Assembly (NCBI GenBank): GCA_965112735.1
Contig: OZ218957.1
Span: forward strand, 3,410,001-3,474,000
DNA: 64,000 nucleotides
Direction of reading: 5' to 3'
DNA from: Phaeosaccion multiseriatum
Lineage: Eukaryota > Protista > Ochrophyta, other classes
In this document: positions 12,324 through 25,343 of the stretch, piece by piece
Layout of the letters: every line of letters starts with the position of its first letter
Position numbering within the stretch: the stretch's first letter is position 1
Notes under the pieces: generated by a model
Seen by the model: the letters and a program-made list of their open reading frames with translations, nothing else
The model's database searches: none
What the model was told of the DNA's origin: nothing
Program-made: the position numbers and the translations under genes

Positions 12324-15300
12324 CACACATACACATACAAACACCTTCGGGAAGATCCATGGCGCCGTCTTGTTGAGCAGCACCATTGAAATGATCCTCG
12401 TTAGGAAGGCCCACTTCGCCGACCGATTCCCACTGAGGAGAAGGGAAGAGGTGCGGTGGTGCGGTGGTGAGGCAGAGCAGAGTATCGGAGGGAGGGCACA
12501 CAAGCCGCGATGGGGCACACGAGAGCGGGGGTGTTTTGATGTCGATGTGATCGATATTGACCATCTCGAGGCCGACAATCTCAGTGGCACCACAAGTTGC
12601 TTGTAGATTGCCTATCCATAAGCCGAAACTGACATCTCCCGCCCCTCATCCGTTGACATACCTTCCTCCCATTCCCCTCTCCGACAGCAGAGTGGCGGCT
12701 CTTCCGTCGGGACCGTGCTCGTCGCTGAAGGCCTGAAGCGCGGTGGGGAGCACATCAAGCAGGCCGGAGGGGGCTCTTCCACCGCCGAATCTGTCCAGCG
12801 TGTCTACGAGTACTCGACTACCCTCCAAGGCACAGTTCACACCCTGCCATGTTAGCACACGAGTGAGTGGAAACAATGGAGGCGGTGAAAGTGATCGGAT
12901 TGAGCTTTTCCCCTTCTTCGTCTCTCTCCTTCACCCTCCCTCGTTCACATCAAGACCTTCCCTCCCCCCCTGGGTGCCCCGCACCCCCTTGGGATTGGTC
13001 CACCCCACACACCTGCCCCAAGCTTGCCCACATCGCGGAGGCGGCATCCCTGTTAGAGAGAAGAGCGAGACGGCAGCCACAGCACGGGCCAGTGGCGGCA
13101 TGGAATGAGAGTCGACTTAGCTCATCAATGAAAGGTGTACGTGTCGTCGCCAAATGTGGACCGAATGAACACGACATACGACAGCCTCCTTACCCGACAA
13201 GGACAACGTTCCCCGCCGCCCATCGGTCGCAGTAGACACTGGTGAGCGTCATCGGTCGCTTCGCGTGCAGCTCTCTGTGATGAGAGAGACAGACACACAG
13301 AGAGACAGACAGAGAGACAGACAGAGAGACAGACAGACAGAGAGAAGACATCAGACAACAGCACCAAGAACAAGCACAACCAAGGAAAACAAGCGTTCCT
13401 TCGTGAGGCTTGACTTGCTGAGGCATTTCTATTCCTTGCTGGGGAAGTGTACCAAGAGGAAAAGGTATGTGTAGAGGCCGCTGCTGGTGCTCCACCATCA
13501 CCCGTCGCACATGCACTCACACACGCACGCACTCATACACACACGCACGCACGCACGCTCGCATGCAGGCACGCACTCACGCACTTGATGAACTCCGGGG
13601 CAGGTCCGCCCGGGCCAAAGGCGGACGGGTAGTTGGTGTGCAGGAAGGTACGCAGGTCCTCTTCCGTGGGCGTGAGGGCCTCGAAGCTGTTCCCCATAGC
13701 ACATCAAGGCCAACGACCCAAGAGGGGCGGGTACTCGCGGAGTAAGTGAGTGGGTGAGTAAGTATGTGAGTGGGTAGGTGGGTGAGTGAGTAAGTGAGCG
13801 AGTAAGTGAGCGAGTGAGTGAGTGAGTGGGTGAGTAAATGGCGGAAGCGTGAGTGACACCTGACCACAAACCTTTGACCTCCTTCGCCGTTGAGTATGCA
13901 CGTGGCCGAGAGAGTTCCGTCAGGCCGGGGAGGGCACAGCAAGTCACCATCGGCGCACTGCAGAGAGTGGCGCAGAGGCGAGAAAGACAACAAGAGAGGG
14001 GGAAGCATGGCACTGAGAGCCCGTTGGGACCATACAAACAGGGGTCATGACACCTCAGACTCACCTGAAAGACGTTGAACAATGCCTCGTCTCCTTCCTG
14101 CGCGTTGATCATATCCTTAACGGGAATACTGCGGAACGTCTTGAAGGACTTGAAGTCGCGCACCTGCACACACACATCCATCAGCTTGACACGTTGCTTG
14201 ACACGAAGGCAACACGGACTGACCTTTCGTGTCTTCACGAGGCCCTCCTCCTCCAGGCAGGTCCGAACGGCGCTGTTCACCCCGTCCGCCCCTATCAGCA
14301 GGTCATACGCCTCCACTCCCTCCTGCCCCTCTGCTGACTCGAACAGGGCCTTCCTGCCGCTCAGGTCTACGCCTTTGAGTTTGCGCCCGTAGTGAACTAT
14401 CACTGCATCCGAGTAGGCCTTGGCCTTTTGCAGTAGGACTGCCGCAAGGGCGCCCCTGGACATGCTCACGCCGCCAGCTAAGGAGGAGGATCCCACACGG
14501 CGACTCACCTTACCTTTGCCGCTGATGGGCAGAAGACAAGTGGCGAGGAGGCAATCATAGCGTTGTGCAGACGGAGAGAGGGGGAGAGGAGAGCGGAGGG
14601 GCAGGGGGAGGTCAGCGAAGGGCAGAGGAGGGAAGGGCCAAGAGAGCGCAACAGAAGAGAGCATATGGGGAGGAAAGGACGACGAGCAGGGAATAAGCGA
14701 GGTATAGTATAGCGACCAAATGTGAAGGTGAATTCCATATTCCTTCTTGCACGTCTCTTCTCACAGTTACAGACTCACTCACCCACTCACTCACTGTCCT
14801 GACACTCCCTCACTCAGTCAGTCACTGTCCGGCCACTTACTCTTGACGTCTGATGTTTCCCTCGATTCTCAACGCCGCGTTGGACTGTACAAATTCGTCA
14901 ATGTCCACGTCTGCCGACGCCAAGGCCTGCGCAACGCACGGACACACACACACAGACACACGCGCACGCACACACGCGCACGCACACAACGCGTACGCAT
15001 ACACGCACCCACCCACACGCACCCCCCCCCCCCCCCCACACACACACACGCACGCACACACACCCACACATACACGCACACACACCCACACACCCACACA
15101 TACACGCACACCCACCCACCCACACATACAGGCACACACACGCACACACACAAAATGCACATGGGCACACACACACACAAAAGGCATATGGTGTTAGTCC
15201 CTGTGCATCACGGTGCGGTATGTGAGGCGGACTCATATTGAGCTTCATTGTTGGGGAGTGAGTGGGGTGGGTCCGTGACTGCATGACTGGGTGAGTGAGT

Positions 15301-16170
15301 GAGCGGTTGTTTTGATCTCCTCAGACTTGCCTTCTCTGCCCTAGTAGTCAGAACGATGTTGTAGCTCCTCTCGGTCACGAGCCCCACCTCTTCGTCTGTC
15401 AACGTCTCGTACACGGAAACCGAGAAGTTGCGCTTCCCAATTGGACGGAGGCAGCAGAGATGATTCATTCGAGTAGAGGTTCGAAAGATGCCATTGGGGC
15501 GCAGCAGGCATAGCGCAGCCGAGGAAGAATATTGTAGGGGAGTAATTTTTCCGTGAGCGGCGGACGTGGAGGCGAAAGCATGGAGGCAGGAGAGGAGGAG
15601 AGAAAGGTTTGGGAAGAGCACGAGTGAGAGCTTCCTCCTCGGTGGTGCCGAAGAGATGCTTTCTCACCTTGGCGAGGGCCAGAGCGAGGAGTCCACCAGC
15701 AGGGCCACCACCGGCGATGACCACCTGTATAGCATAATATGGCAGCTTTAGCTTTCTGAGTGCGAGGAAGGGATGCTGCTGACCAGAGAGAGAGAGAGAG
15801 AGAAGAAGAAGACGACGACGACGACAGAGGGACAAGAAGAGAGAAAGCGCAGCCTACTACCGAGAGAGGGAGACGAGAGAGAAGGAGATAGAGAGAGGAA
15901 GAAAGACAAGAGGGGGGGAACGAGTCCCCAAACCGCCGTACCTTAATCCCTGTACCATCGCAAGGCAATACCCCAGTGGACGTAGAGCCTTCTGCTGCCT
16001 GATTCCCTGCCCTTCCCGCAGTCAGCGCGCTAACGCCACCTCTACCTCCTCCGCAGCACCTCTTCAAGCGCGAAATGGGTGCAAACGTCATTTTGGGGCA
16101 GAGTCGTGTTGTCGGGGCGTGTTTGGCACCGGGTGGTCCATGAGGACAAGGCGTTGAAAGCAGAGCTTGA
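6290..16170. repeat. Tandem segmental duplication, period ~5.3-5.5 kb (~6290-10720 vs ~11680-16170)
   Basis: Near-identical exon and intron sequence at offsets 5343 (7524 vs 12867) to 5468 (10098 vs 15566). Differences are mostly in microsatellite lengths and the first exon. Confidence 0.95.
6313..10760 (-). CDS. FAD-dependent monooxygenase (kynurenine 3-monooxygenase-like), tandem copy A; multi-exon, 5' end uncertain or possibly disrupted
   Basis: Exons read VVIAGGGPAGGLLALALAK (GxGxxG), SVYEK..ERSYNIVL, MSRGAL, YDLLIGADGVNSAVR (DG motif), VVLVG|DAASAMWASLGQ|GVNCALEG (GD motif), and a hydrophobic C-terminus. Confidence 0.8.
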
Positions 16171-16223
16171 ACACACAGCAGCGGGAACAGGAGTTGTACG
16201 AGCAGCCGTAGGAGCACACTCAT
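11704..16223 (-). CDS. FAD-dependent monooxygenase (kynurenine 3-monooxygenase-like), tandem copy B, with N-terminal signal-peptide-like leader
   Basis: Same exon set and motifs as copy A. Begins MSVLLRLLVQLLFPLLCVQALLST and ends GVSALLCWKAFAIVRPALAL*. Confidence 0.82.
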
Positions 16224-16396
16224 CTTCAACCAAACGAGAGTGGAGATAAGCAGGTGAAAGAGGAAGCAAACGTGTTAGTCGTCCAATTTGGCGACGACGA
16301 AGGACCTTCTTGCTTCCTTGCGAGCTCACAATAGCACTATTAGGTAGCAAGGAGCATCGCTCCCTGCTCCTCAAGGTGAGAAAGGCGCTGGTAGCG

Positions 16397-17302
16397 ATGA
16401 GTTTGGAAGACAGAAAGAAGAAGGCCCTCAAACGGGCAGCTGAGCAGGGCCAGAAGGGACTGGAGGCTTCGGCGCAGGGCCTTGTCGGGGGTGCCGCATT
16501 CGTGCTCTGTGTGTCACTCTCTCAAGCCGTGCAGGGCGGTCTATTCCGCGTGTGTGCATCCACACCACTGGGTATACCCTCTGCGTTGGGTCTGGTGACG
16601 GTCTCGGGAGCTTCGCTGGTGGCATTGCGAACATCTGAGGCGGCGGCTGCAGCCATACGCGATACAAAAAGAGGGAGGAGACGCGAAAGATGGAATACGG
16701 GGTGGGGGGACAGTGCTGGAACAGCATGGTCCTCCTTCGCCACAGAGGCTCTGGCTCACGGCGGGAGGAGAGTGGGTTGGGGAGAGGCCCAAGGGATGGC
16801 GGTCGGGGCAGGCATCTTTCGCTTTCTCTTGGGGGGGACTTTTTCCGGTTTGGCCCCCAGCAACCTTGCAGATTTGGGAGCCTTCAATAAGAAGGCCTTT
16901 AGCCTTCCCGCTACTCTAGACTACGCCACCCAGACCGAGCGGTCTGCCATCAATCAGCTCGGCGAAGTGTTCGGCTGTCATAGCTGCGGTAAGCACAAGG
17001 GGCCCTTCATCTCGGACCACATGCCCCCAGTCAAGGTGGTGAAGGAGGCCAATGCTCGACTGTGGCGCAGGCTCACAAAGTGGACGGTCGCCCAAAGGTT
17101 CTACCCGCAGTGCCGGGGCTGCTCGGACTTGCAGTCTGTGGCCGTCCGCCTCGAGAAATATACTCTCAAATACCACTTTAGCAGTTTGAGAGCGCACCAC
17201 GCCACGGGCCTGGTGCTGGTGCTGGGGGTAGCGAGCTTACGTCAGTACTACCGAGAGCTGGAGGGCAGGGATGAGGAGAGGGAATGGGGGTGGAGGAGGT
17301 GA
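16397..17302 (+). CDS. Intronless hypothetical membrane protein with C-terminal HNH-like/Zn-binding motif
   Basis: About 301 aa from ATG 16397. Several hydrophobic segments, then GCHSCG..FISDHMPP..QRFYPQCRGCSDLQ. Confidence 0.7.
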   Translation: MSLEDRKKKALKRAAEQGQKGLEASAQGLVGGAAFVLCVSLSQAVQGGLFRVCASTPLGIPSALGLVTVSGASLVALRTSEAAAAAIRDTKRGRRRERWNTGWGDSAGTAWSSFATEALAHGGRRVGWGEAQGMAVGAGIFRFLLGGTFSGLAPSNLADLGAFNKKAFSLPATLDYATQTERSAINQLGEVFGCHSCGKHKGPFISDHMPPVKVVKEANARLWRRLTKWTVAQRFYPQCRGCSDLQSVAVRLEKYTLKYHFSSLRAHHATGLVLVLGVASLRQYYRELEGRDEEREWGWRR

Positions 17303-19507
17303 AGGTGCCGATGAAGGTGGTACCAAGACAAAGTAGGCCATCGATTCCTGCGATGGCCTGTGTCATCGCCTGTCTGGGCGGAAGTACCAACCACCCCTGA
17401 TCGATCACCGGACAGGCGAGATAGATGAGGCTTAGCGTGCCTCGGGGCCTCGCGTTGTCATACGACAGGCTGCTCACGCGTGCCTCTCCCTGTGCCCTGT
17501 GCGAGGAACCACGCTCGCACCTCCAATGTGGCCCTAGATGGTTGTGCACGAGAGAAGGCCCTTCAGGCCTCCTCCTCTCGCCCTGGCAAGAAGAGTCAGG
17601 GTGGGGGGGGGGCTGTGCAGAGCAAGCATTGCCAAGCACTGCCTGCCCCACAAGGAAGGAGCGAAGCACGGTCGGGGTCTCATTGCCTTACCTTGTGCGG
17701 GCAGGCCTCGTCGGGTTGGTTCGTTGGTTCCTCCTTCTTCTCGACAAGCATGTTCAATATTGGCAGGCAGCGCTCTATGGCGGTAGCTCACCCGTGAAGG
17801 CACCCAAGGCGTCGGTGCACAGAAGTACATTCCTAATATTACATGAGAATATACATCGTACCGTAGATACACTAAATACAACCAGGTGTTTCGCGCTCAA
17901 CCGTCTGCAGTGCTTGCGCTAAGCACTGCCCCGACGGCCGTTCATTTTCGGAGAGAAGCGAGCGGAATCCAGGTCTGTGCGCTGAAGTCCCCCATGGGGG
18001 CGGGCATGGCCCTTCGCTCTGAGAGCATTCCCGCCACTCCTCTTCACCACCCTCTTGGGGGTGTTGGCAGGGCCATTTGCTCTGGCCATTGTATAGTTGC
18101 TCTGGGGTTGTCCCTCCTCCTGCCCCTCCTCCTGATCCTCCTCCTGAACGGCAAAGCCCTCCACGGCAATGGAGGCCATGGATCTTGAGCGCCTTCGCCG
18201 TGCCGAGAAGTAGAGAGTGCTGAGGGAGAGGAGGACAGGAGCAGATACCCTCCTCCTCCTGGGCTCGCCTGCTGCTCTTGTGTCTTCCGCTCCAAGGTTA
18301 CGTCTCTTCTCGGCGGTCGAAAAAGACATCTTGGGACGTTCGCTCCATCTCCACTTTAGGCCCCGCGGCCCATGTTTTCTCCCCTTCTTTCCTTGCGGGA
18401 GTACACTTGTTGTCCCAGACCTGTCACTGTTGCAGCTGTAAAGAAGAAAAGTATCTGCCGTCTTGTCCTCGTTGCTTTCCGCTGTGCTCTCTAAGTAGGT
18501 CTCTCGCTCCTCTTGCTCCTGTTGCTGTCGTGGCTGTAACGCGTATCGTCGTGGCACCATGGGCACAATCTGTTGCTCATCCCAACCGCCGTCTACTCGG
18601 CCTTTAAGGTCGTCGGTAGTGTCTTGAAGCTTGATAAAGCAGTCTGGGGACTTCTGGTTCTCATTCGGTCCCCCCTCCTCCCTTGTTAGTATTCCCGACG
18701 TCCTCAGCAGGCCCATTAGAATTATGCCCAGAGCCTCACCAGACGAGCTTCGGCTCAACGGCGCCGGGGATTCTGCTGGGATAATCGCGGCAATATGGGC
18801 TACAGGGATTGTGGCTTGTTGTTGTCGCGTGAAGTCTTCTGCTTCTTCTTCTTGAGCCCCAATTTATTATCAGGGTCGTGCGGTGTCTTTTTTGCGCCCT
18901 TGTGGGGCTCGAAAACATGACAAAGAGCGGCAAAAAAAGCCCCGTACGTGTGGGGCTCGACACTAAACCTCCTCAGGGCAAGTATGGCGAGGGAAGGGGA
19001 ACTCAAGTTTCTTTTTTTCAAACAAATAACAAATAAATGTAACTGATAAGTGAAACTTCCTCGCGCGTTGGTGCTCCAGGCTATTGGCAACTACATCCAT
19101 TTTTCCATTTTCCTTCTTCCTCTTCTCTTCAATTATATCTTCCTCCGTCCTCCAGTTTCTTAGGTGATTCCTCTCTTTTCCTCCGGAACAAATCAACTTC
19201 TCCTCCTCCTCTTGCATCCTATCCTCTCATGGTGACGTTTTTTATCCTCTCTCGCAGCTGAAAGCTTTCATGAGGAGTGGCGTCGGGATCTTGGCGCTGC
19301 TCGCGTAAGTGGAAGGCAGCAGCTACGTCTTTTTTCTCCTCCAATTTTCTCTCTCTTCTTTTTTGCCTGCGCAGGAGCCGTGTCTGTTGCTGCCGAGCGT
19401 TCGTCCTGAAATCTGCGTCAACGCACGGAAGCGTTCGAGTCAGCGACAGTAGCACGGCCAGCAGCCGCAGTCATAGCAGAGCAAAGGGTCTGCTAAACAC
19501 AAAGTCA

Positions 19508-21780
19508 ATGGCAGCTGCTCACGCTGTGATCGACGGAGTGGAGGAGCTCCTCGAGCGTTACGATGGCTTCATTTTGGATCAGTTTGGGTGAGTCAGAGAG
19601 GAGGAGAGTAAGAGAGGAGGAGAGGAGGGACGCGGTATGATTGTGGTATGATATGATTGCGGTATGATTGTGCAGTGGGGGGGTGTAAGGGTGTTGGGGA
19701 GGGGAGGAGGGCGGGAGAGTCGAAGAAGGAGCAAGTTGTGATGGAGGGAGACTAGGCCTTTTTGGTGATAGTCAGGCCTTTTTTTCTGGGGGAGTGGAAA
19801 GCAAGGGCAGATGGAAGGGAGGATTTCCTTTCCTACCACCGTGGGGTACTCTGGGGGGGAGAGAGCGATCGTCCGAAACGAGAGAGAAGGAAAGCAGCGG
19901 GCGCCACCCCCCCGCGCTCCCCACACTAGATACTACGACAATGCCTGCTCTCTCGTGCAGGGTTCTCCACGACGGTGTGTCAGCGTTGCCGGGTGCCGTG
20001 AACTGTCTCCAACAGCTGCACCAACGCGGCAAGAGGCTCGTGGTGCTGAGCAACACCTCCAAGCGAGCGTCCTTCAGCCTCAAGCGCCTGCCCAGCATGG
20101 GCTTTGTGCTGCCTGTGGCCTCAGACGCCTCAGGAGGGGCCTCCTTCCCCGAGAAGGGAGGGGAAGGGAGTCAAGAAGGGGTGCCGCTCAGACAGCAGGA
20201 GAAGGAAGGACAGGAAGGTTCAAGCTTATTCACGGGGGCGGTGACGAGCGGGGAGGAGGGCCTGCAACACATGCTTTCGAGCGGCTTCCACGGCAAGAAG
20301 GCCGTCATGCTGACGTGGAACGCCGCGGACAGCGACGGTTTCTTGGCTGCGCTTCAGCTCACCGGAGCTCCGCCGGAGGAGGCTGGTAAGTTTGAGTTTG
20401 AGTTTGTTGTCTCTCTTCGGAGAGTGTGTCGAGCGAAGTACGGCAAGGTACTCTAGCACTGCTGCTGCACTGCTGTTGCGCTGCGGTTGCACTTCATGTC
20501 CACAGAGGGATGAAAGCGTTCTCGAGCGGTTGCTGAAAGTCAGGCCTGGTGCCATCGTGCTTCCCTTCTCTTCCCACCACGCCACACCGCGACACCCGCA
20601 CACAACACAAACAAATGCACACATATACGCACACTAACGCACACACACACACACACGCACAAACGCGCACACGCACTATGGGGGGGGCGCAGACTTTGTT
20701 CTCTGCCAGGGGCCGGACAAGATCGTAGACAGCCCCGGGGGGGAAGGCAGAGGTCTGGGCACCTTCACCAACGCCCGCACCACGGGTAATCTAGAGGCAT
20801 ACGAGGAGGTCTTTAAGGCCTGTATCGCTCGCGACCTTGATATGATTAACGTGAATCCGGACCTGCGTGTCAACATTCCCAAGCCCGCCGGTGAAAGTAG
20901 TAGCAGTAGTAGTGCCAGTGGGAGTGGGAGTGGGAGTGGCGCGGAGGTGGGGGCGGGTCAGTGGTACATGCCGGGCTACATCTCTGCCCGCTACGAGGCC
21001 CTCGGGGGGAGAGTCAAGTACTTCGGGAAGCCCCACGCTGCGCACTTTGATGCCGCGGTGCAGCTGCTGGGGATGCCCAGGGATAGGGCCTGCCACGTGG
21101 GGGACAGTCTCAGCCACGATATATTGGGTGAGTGTGCGTGTGCGTGTGCACGTGCGTGTGCGCGCGTGTGTATATATGTGTGTGGGTGTTTATGTGTGTG
21201 CGTGTGTATGTGCGTTTGCGCGTGTGTGTATGTATGTGTGTGGATGTGTGTGTACGTGTGCGTGTCACAGCCACGAGTGTGTGTTTGTGCCTGTGTGTTG
21301 CCTGGATGTGTGTGCTTGAGCGTGTGTATGTATTTGTCTCTGTTTGTGTGTCTGTGCGCGTGTGTGTATGTGTCTCTGTTTGTGTGTCTGTGCGCGTGTG
21401 TGTATATATGTGTTTGCATGCGTCTGTTTCAGGACATTGTCTTCGCCCCGCAATCGAGGGCCCTGCAGGCTGTGTCAAGAGGCACACCAACTCCGCGGAA
21501 AGCCCATCCCTAATGTTGTTAATGTGCTGTCGTTAATGTGTTGTTGTTGGTGTTGTTGTTGTTGTTGTTGTTCCAAGGAGCCAATGCTGCCGGTGTGGAC
21601 AGCTTATTTGTGGCAGCGGGCATCCACGGAGAAGCTCTCGGCGTGGACGCTACCACCACCACCACCAGCACCAACAGCACCAGCAGTAGCAGTGCGCTGG
21701 ACGAGGGGCGGCTCCTGACGCTGTTCAAGGAGCACGGAGCCACTCCGACGCACTCCATTGAGCTCTTCAGATGGCAGTAG
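19508..21780 (+). CDS. HAD-superfamily hydrolase, subfamily IIA; exons ~19508-19587, 19961-20384, 20693-21127, 21579-21780
   Basis: Motif I YDGFILDQFG|VLHDG, LSNTSKR, VTSGE, NPD, FGKPHAAHF and HVGDSLSHDILG|ANAAGVDSLFV. Confidence 0.9.
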
Positions 21781-23127
21781 ATGGGCAGGAGGCTTGAGCT
21801 CTTTCTTTGGCACCAGATGGAGAAGAGAGCCTTTTAGGGCTCTTTGGATGCCACAACATGTGGGTGATAAATGCCCGCCTTCTGCCGGGCGATGAAGTGT
21901 GTCGAATCAACGCAGAGGTATGCTTCCATTTGGTCTCTTCTCGACCAATCTACTACAAGTACGTATACAATAAATTCATTAGTACTGACGAGAAATGCCC
22001 AAGGGATTTCCTATGAGCTTATGAGGTACTCAACTCCACGACGAGCAAGCAAGGAAGCAAGGGCACGCCCTGTATGAGATCATCCTGCCATCCACTGCCA
22101 TCTTGCCATCGTGCTACCATACGGGTTCAGACAATAAAGGCTGTGCGACACGAGCCTTGTACCTCCCGAGTGGTCGGGCGGGCGATGGCTGTAACCCTCT
22201 TTGTCGTGGGTCACCCAGTCCAGCCGTTCACACAGGCAGCGCTAACCTTCTTCCCTTCCACAAGGGGTTTCCATCGAGGCACTCCGCGACAGTCTGCCAT
22301 ACTTGCTTTACTGCCTTCCTTTCGTGAGGCGCCTCGACAAGCTGGCCGTTCTCGATGGATAAGCTTGGTTGATTGACTGATGAGCTGATGCTGTTGACAT
22401 ACCACTCCGCTTTCTGTTCACTACCAATCTGGCCCACGGGCACGAGAGTCCCGTCCAAGACGGCGCGGGGGTGGGGGAAAGTCCCTTGTGCGTGCAAACT
22501 TGCTGCTGGTGTTGGTGCTGCAGAACGTGGTTGGCGACCACCCCTGGCATGGCGAGACGGGCGTCTCTGTTCTGACTGGCCCTCACAAGAGGCGCCTCAA
22601 TGCCTTCGTTGCGTGCACTCCTCGTCGAGGCAATACACACACACCACACGCCACGCCACGCCAATCGACGCGATGAGTCTCCTTCCTTTCCAGCGCAGCC
22701 GCGGGTCCAGTCTCGGGAGGTAAGGGATGGTGTGTGTGGGTGTGTGTGGTTGTGTGTGGGTGTGGGTGGGTTCTCTGCCTTGTGGTGTGTGCCTTTACTT
22801 CTTCTCGGATTTGCTCTCGAATTTGAATGTGGGGTTATCTGCATCCTTCTCTTCAAGGCCCCTCCTACGGAAGGGCAAGAAGGGAAAAAGAAAGAGAGAG
22901 AGGGAGAGAGCGAGTGAGGGAGGTAAGGAGGGAGCGAAGGAGGGAGTTGAGCCGGAAGACACACCGTGAGATCTCAATCACAAAAAAGAGAGAGAGAGAG
23001 AGAGAGAAGACGGACAGACACACACACACACAAAACACAGAGACAAACAGAGGAGACGCCGCGGCAGGCAGTAAGGCCCACCTTTGACCCTTTCGCCTCT
23101 CTCTCTCCCTCCCTCTCGCACCACTAC

Positions 23128-23848
23128 TCACCTCGGAGACAGGCCGACTTTCGGGTTCTCTCCCTCTAGAGAGGAAATGATGCTGTAGAAGGGAATGCGG
23201 CGGTGAGTGCGGAAGATGGTCTCAGCGAGGAGAGGGGCCAGGGAAAGCTCGCGGATCTTGCCGTCCATAGGGCGCCGCACAAGCTCCTGGTTGGGTATTG
23301 GGTATGGTTGGGTATAGGGTACGGTTGGGTAGAAAGTAGAGGGTACGGGGTGTAACGCATAGGGAGTGGGTTGAACAGGGTAGGAGCGTGTGAAATACAG
23401 GGCACAGAGTGTAAGGACAGAGGTCAAGGGGTGAAAGGGTGTAGGGACCTACTCAGTACTCACTCACTCACTCACTCACTCACTCACCCCTGACACCTCG
23501 TCCCTATGCGCCAGCGTGTTGAAGATGAGGAGAAAGTCGAGCCCCTCGATTCCTTCCACCCGGCTTTCGCCCCCCACCGAGAAGCGCCCGTGTGTGGCAA
23601 AGGCCGCCACCTCCTTGGCCCCCCCGTGCTTGAGCGTGTCACAGGCGAAGGAGAGGGTACTACCCGTGTCTACAATGTCATCCACAAGGATGCAGAAGGC
23701 GCCGTCCACGTCCCCCACCAGCACACGAGAGAACTGGGCGGCTTGGGCAGAGGCCTCAGCGGCGTCAGAGGCAGCCGTTGGTGGTACAGCAGCACCACTG
23801 CTCCTATTGCTATTGCTACTGCTACTGCTACTGCTGCTACTACTACTA

Positions 23849-23886
<38 letters not shown>

Positions 23887-25307
23887 ACCGCCCATACCGC
23901 TCCCTCTCGCTGCCTCTTCCGAATGGCTTGGCGCCGCCGCTCTGCTCACACACGCAATCGTCACAGGAATGGTTGGGTCCTTGAGATGCCCAACCAGATG
24001 CTTGGCGAACTGCTGCGCCCTGGGAGCCTGCGCCTCCTGTGAAGCAACAACGACAACCTTGAGACCGGGCTGCTTCTCTTGCTTCTCTCGTATCACCTCG
24101 GCGAAATAGGCCGCCCCCACCCCCGACGGGAGGATGTGATCCACAGGCGTGTTGGGCGAGAAGAAGCCTTGCACCTGGGTGTGGGGGGTGTGTGGGTGTG
24201 GGTGGGTGAGGATGAGTAGGTGGGTGCAGATTTACGATCTTGATCCTTTTTCCCTCACGCGCCCAGACGCCTCTAACCACTCCCAATATGCCTGTTAACA
24301 CCTCCCCATACCCCTCCCTTACCTGCCCCGATGTAGATCTATGGTCATATCATATGGTCATGACTCTATGCACCCCAATGGCCTGCAACCTCTATCCATA
24401 CGCCTCAAAGCTCTCCCCATATGCCTCTACCCTCTCTCTATATGCCTCTCTCATGCCTCACCTGCCCTGCGTGCAGATCCACGGTCATGACTCTGTCCAC
24501 ACCCATGCTTTCCAGCATGATGGCCACATCCGCCGCTGCGATGGGCTGTCGGGCAGTGCGTCGGTCCTGTCGACAGTACCTGCTCACGCACACACACACG
24601 CAGAGGACACACGCACACAGGACAGGAGGGGCCCGGGGGGGCAGTGCGTTGTGTGTGAGTGCCAGTGAAGTGGGCTGGGCCAGAACGCTCTATAACATAG
24701 CATCGAGCCAAAACGCTGTAAGTACAGCCCCACACCCTCCCACACCCACACCCACACCCACCCGTAGAAGGGTATGACGGCCGTGATGCGTTCAGCAGAG
24801 GCTCTCTTGGCCGCAGAAGAGAAGAGAAGAAGCTCAATCAGGGCAGAGTTGGAGTTCGTCGGCGACACAATGAACACATCCTGGGGAGGGAGAGAGAGAG
24901 AGAGAGAGAGAGCGAATGGTCGCAATGGGGAGCGGAAGGGTGAGGGAGAGGGCATGGGAACAAGGAGGACAGAAGGACGATGGAGGGAAGTGCCCTTGGC
25001 GAGCTCCACGTTATACTACTACGATAGTATGCAGAAGAACAAGGGACGTCCCTCTCTCCCCGCGCCTCAAAATCATGCCCCTCCCAATTGGTCAATTGGG
25101 CCCCATCTGTCAACCCAAGCTGATCACCAGAGAATACCAGAGCCAAAGCTCGGTCGCAACCACCAGCCCCCCCCCCCCCTGAGTATATGTACCGGGTGTC
25201 TGTTCTGTGCCTACCCCGTCGTACCTTGCCCATGAGCGTCTCGCCGATTTTGATGTTGACCTCTCCATCCGAGAAGGAGCCCAGCTCCACCTGAGAGAGA
25301 GCCAAGA

Positions 25308-25343
<36 letters not shown>

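Noticed and set aside
18852-18960. Short repeats TGTGGGGCTCGA x2 plus inverted GAGCCCC, resembling the GGGGTCGA transposon end
   Set aside because: The match is too short and imperfect, with no paired TIR or TSD.
17919-19455. Minus-strand ORFs 17919-18758, 18963-19217, 19219-19455
   Set aside because: They might form a low-complexity gene, but I recognise no domain and cannot build a consistent splice model.
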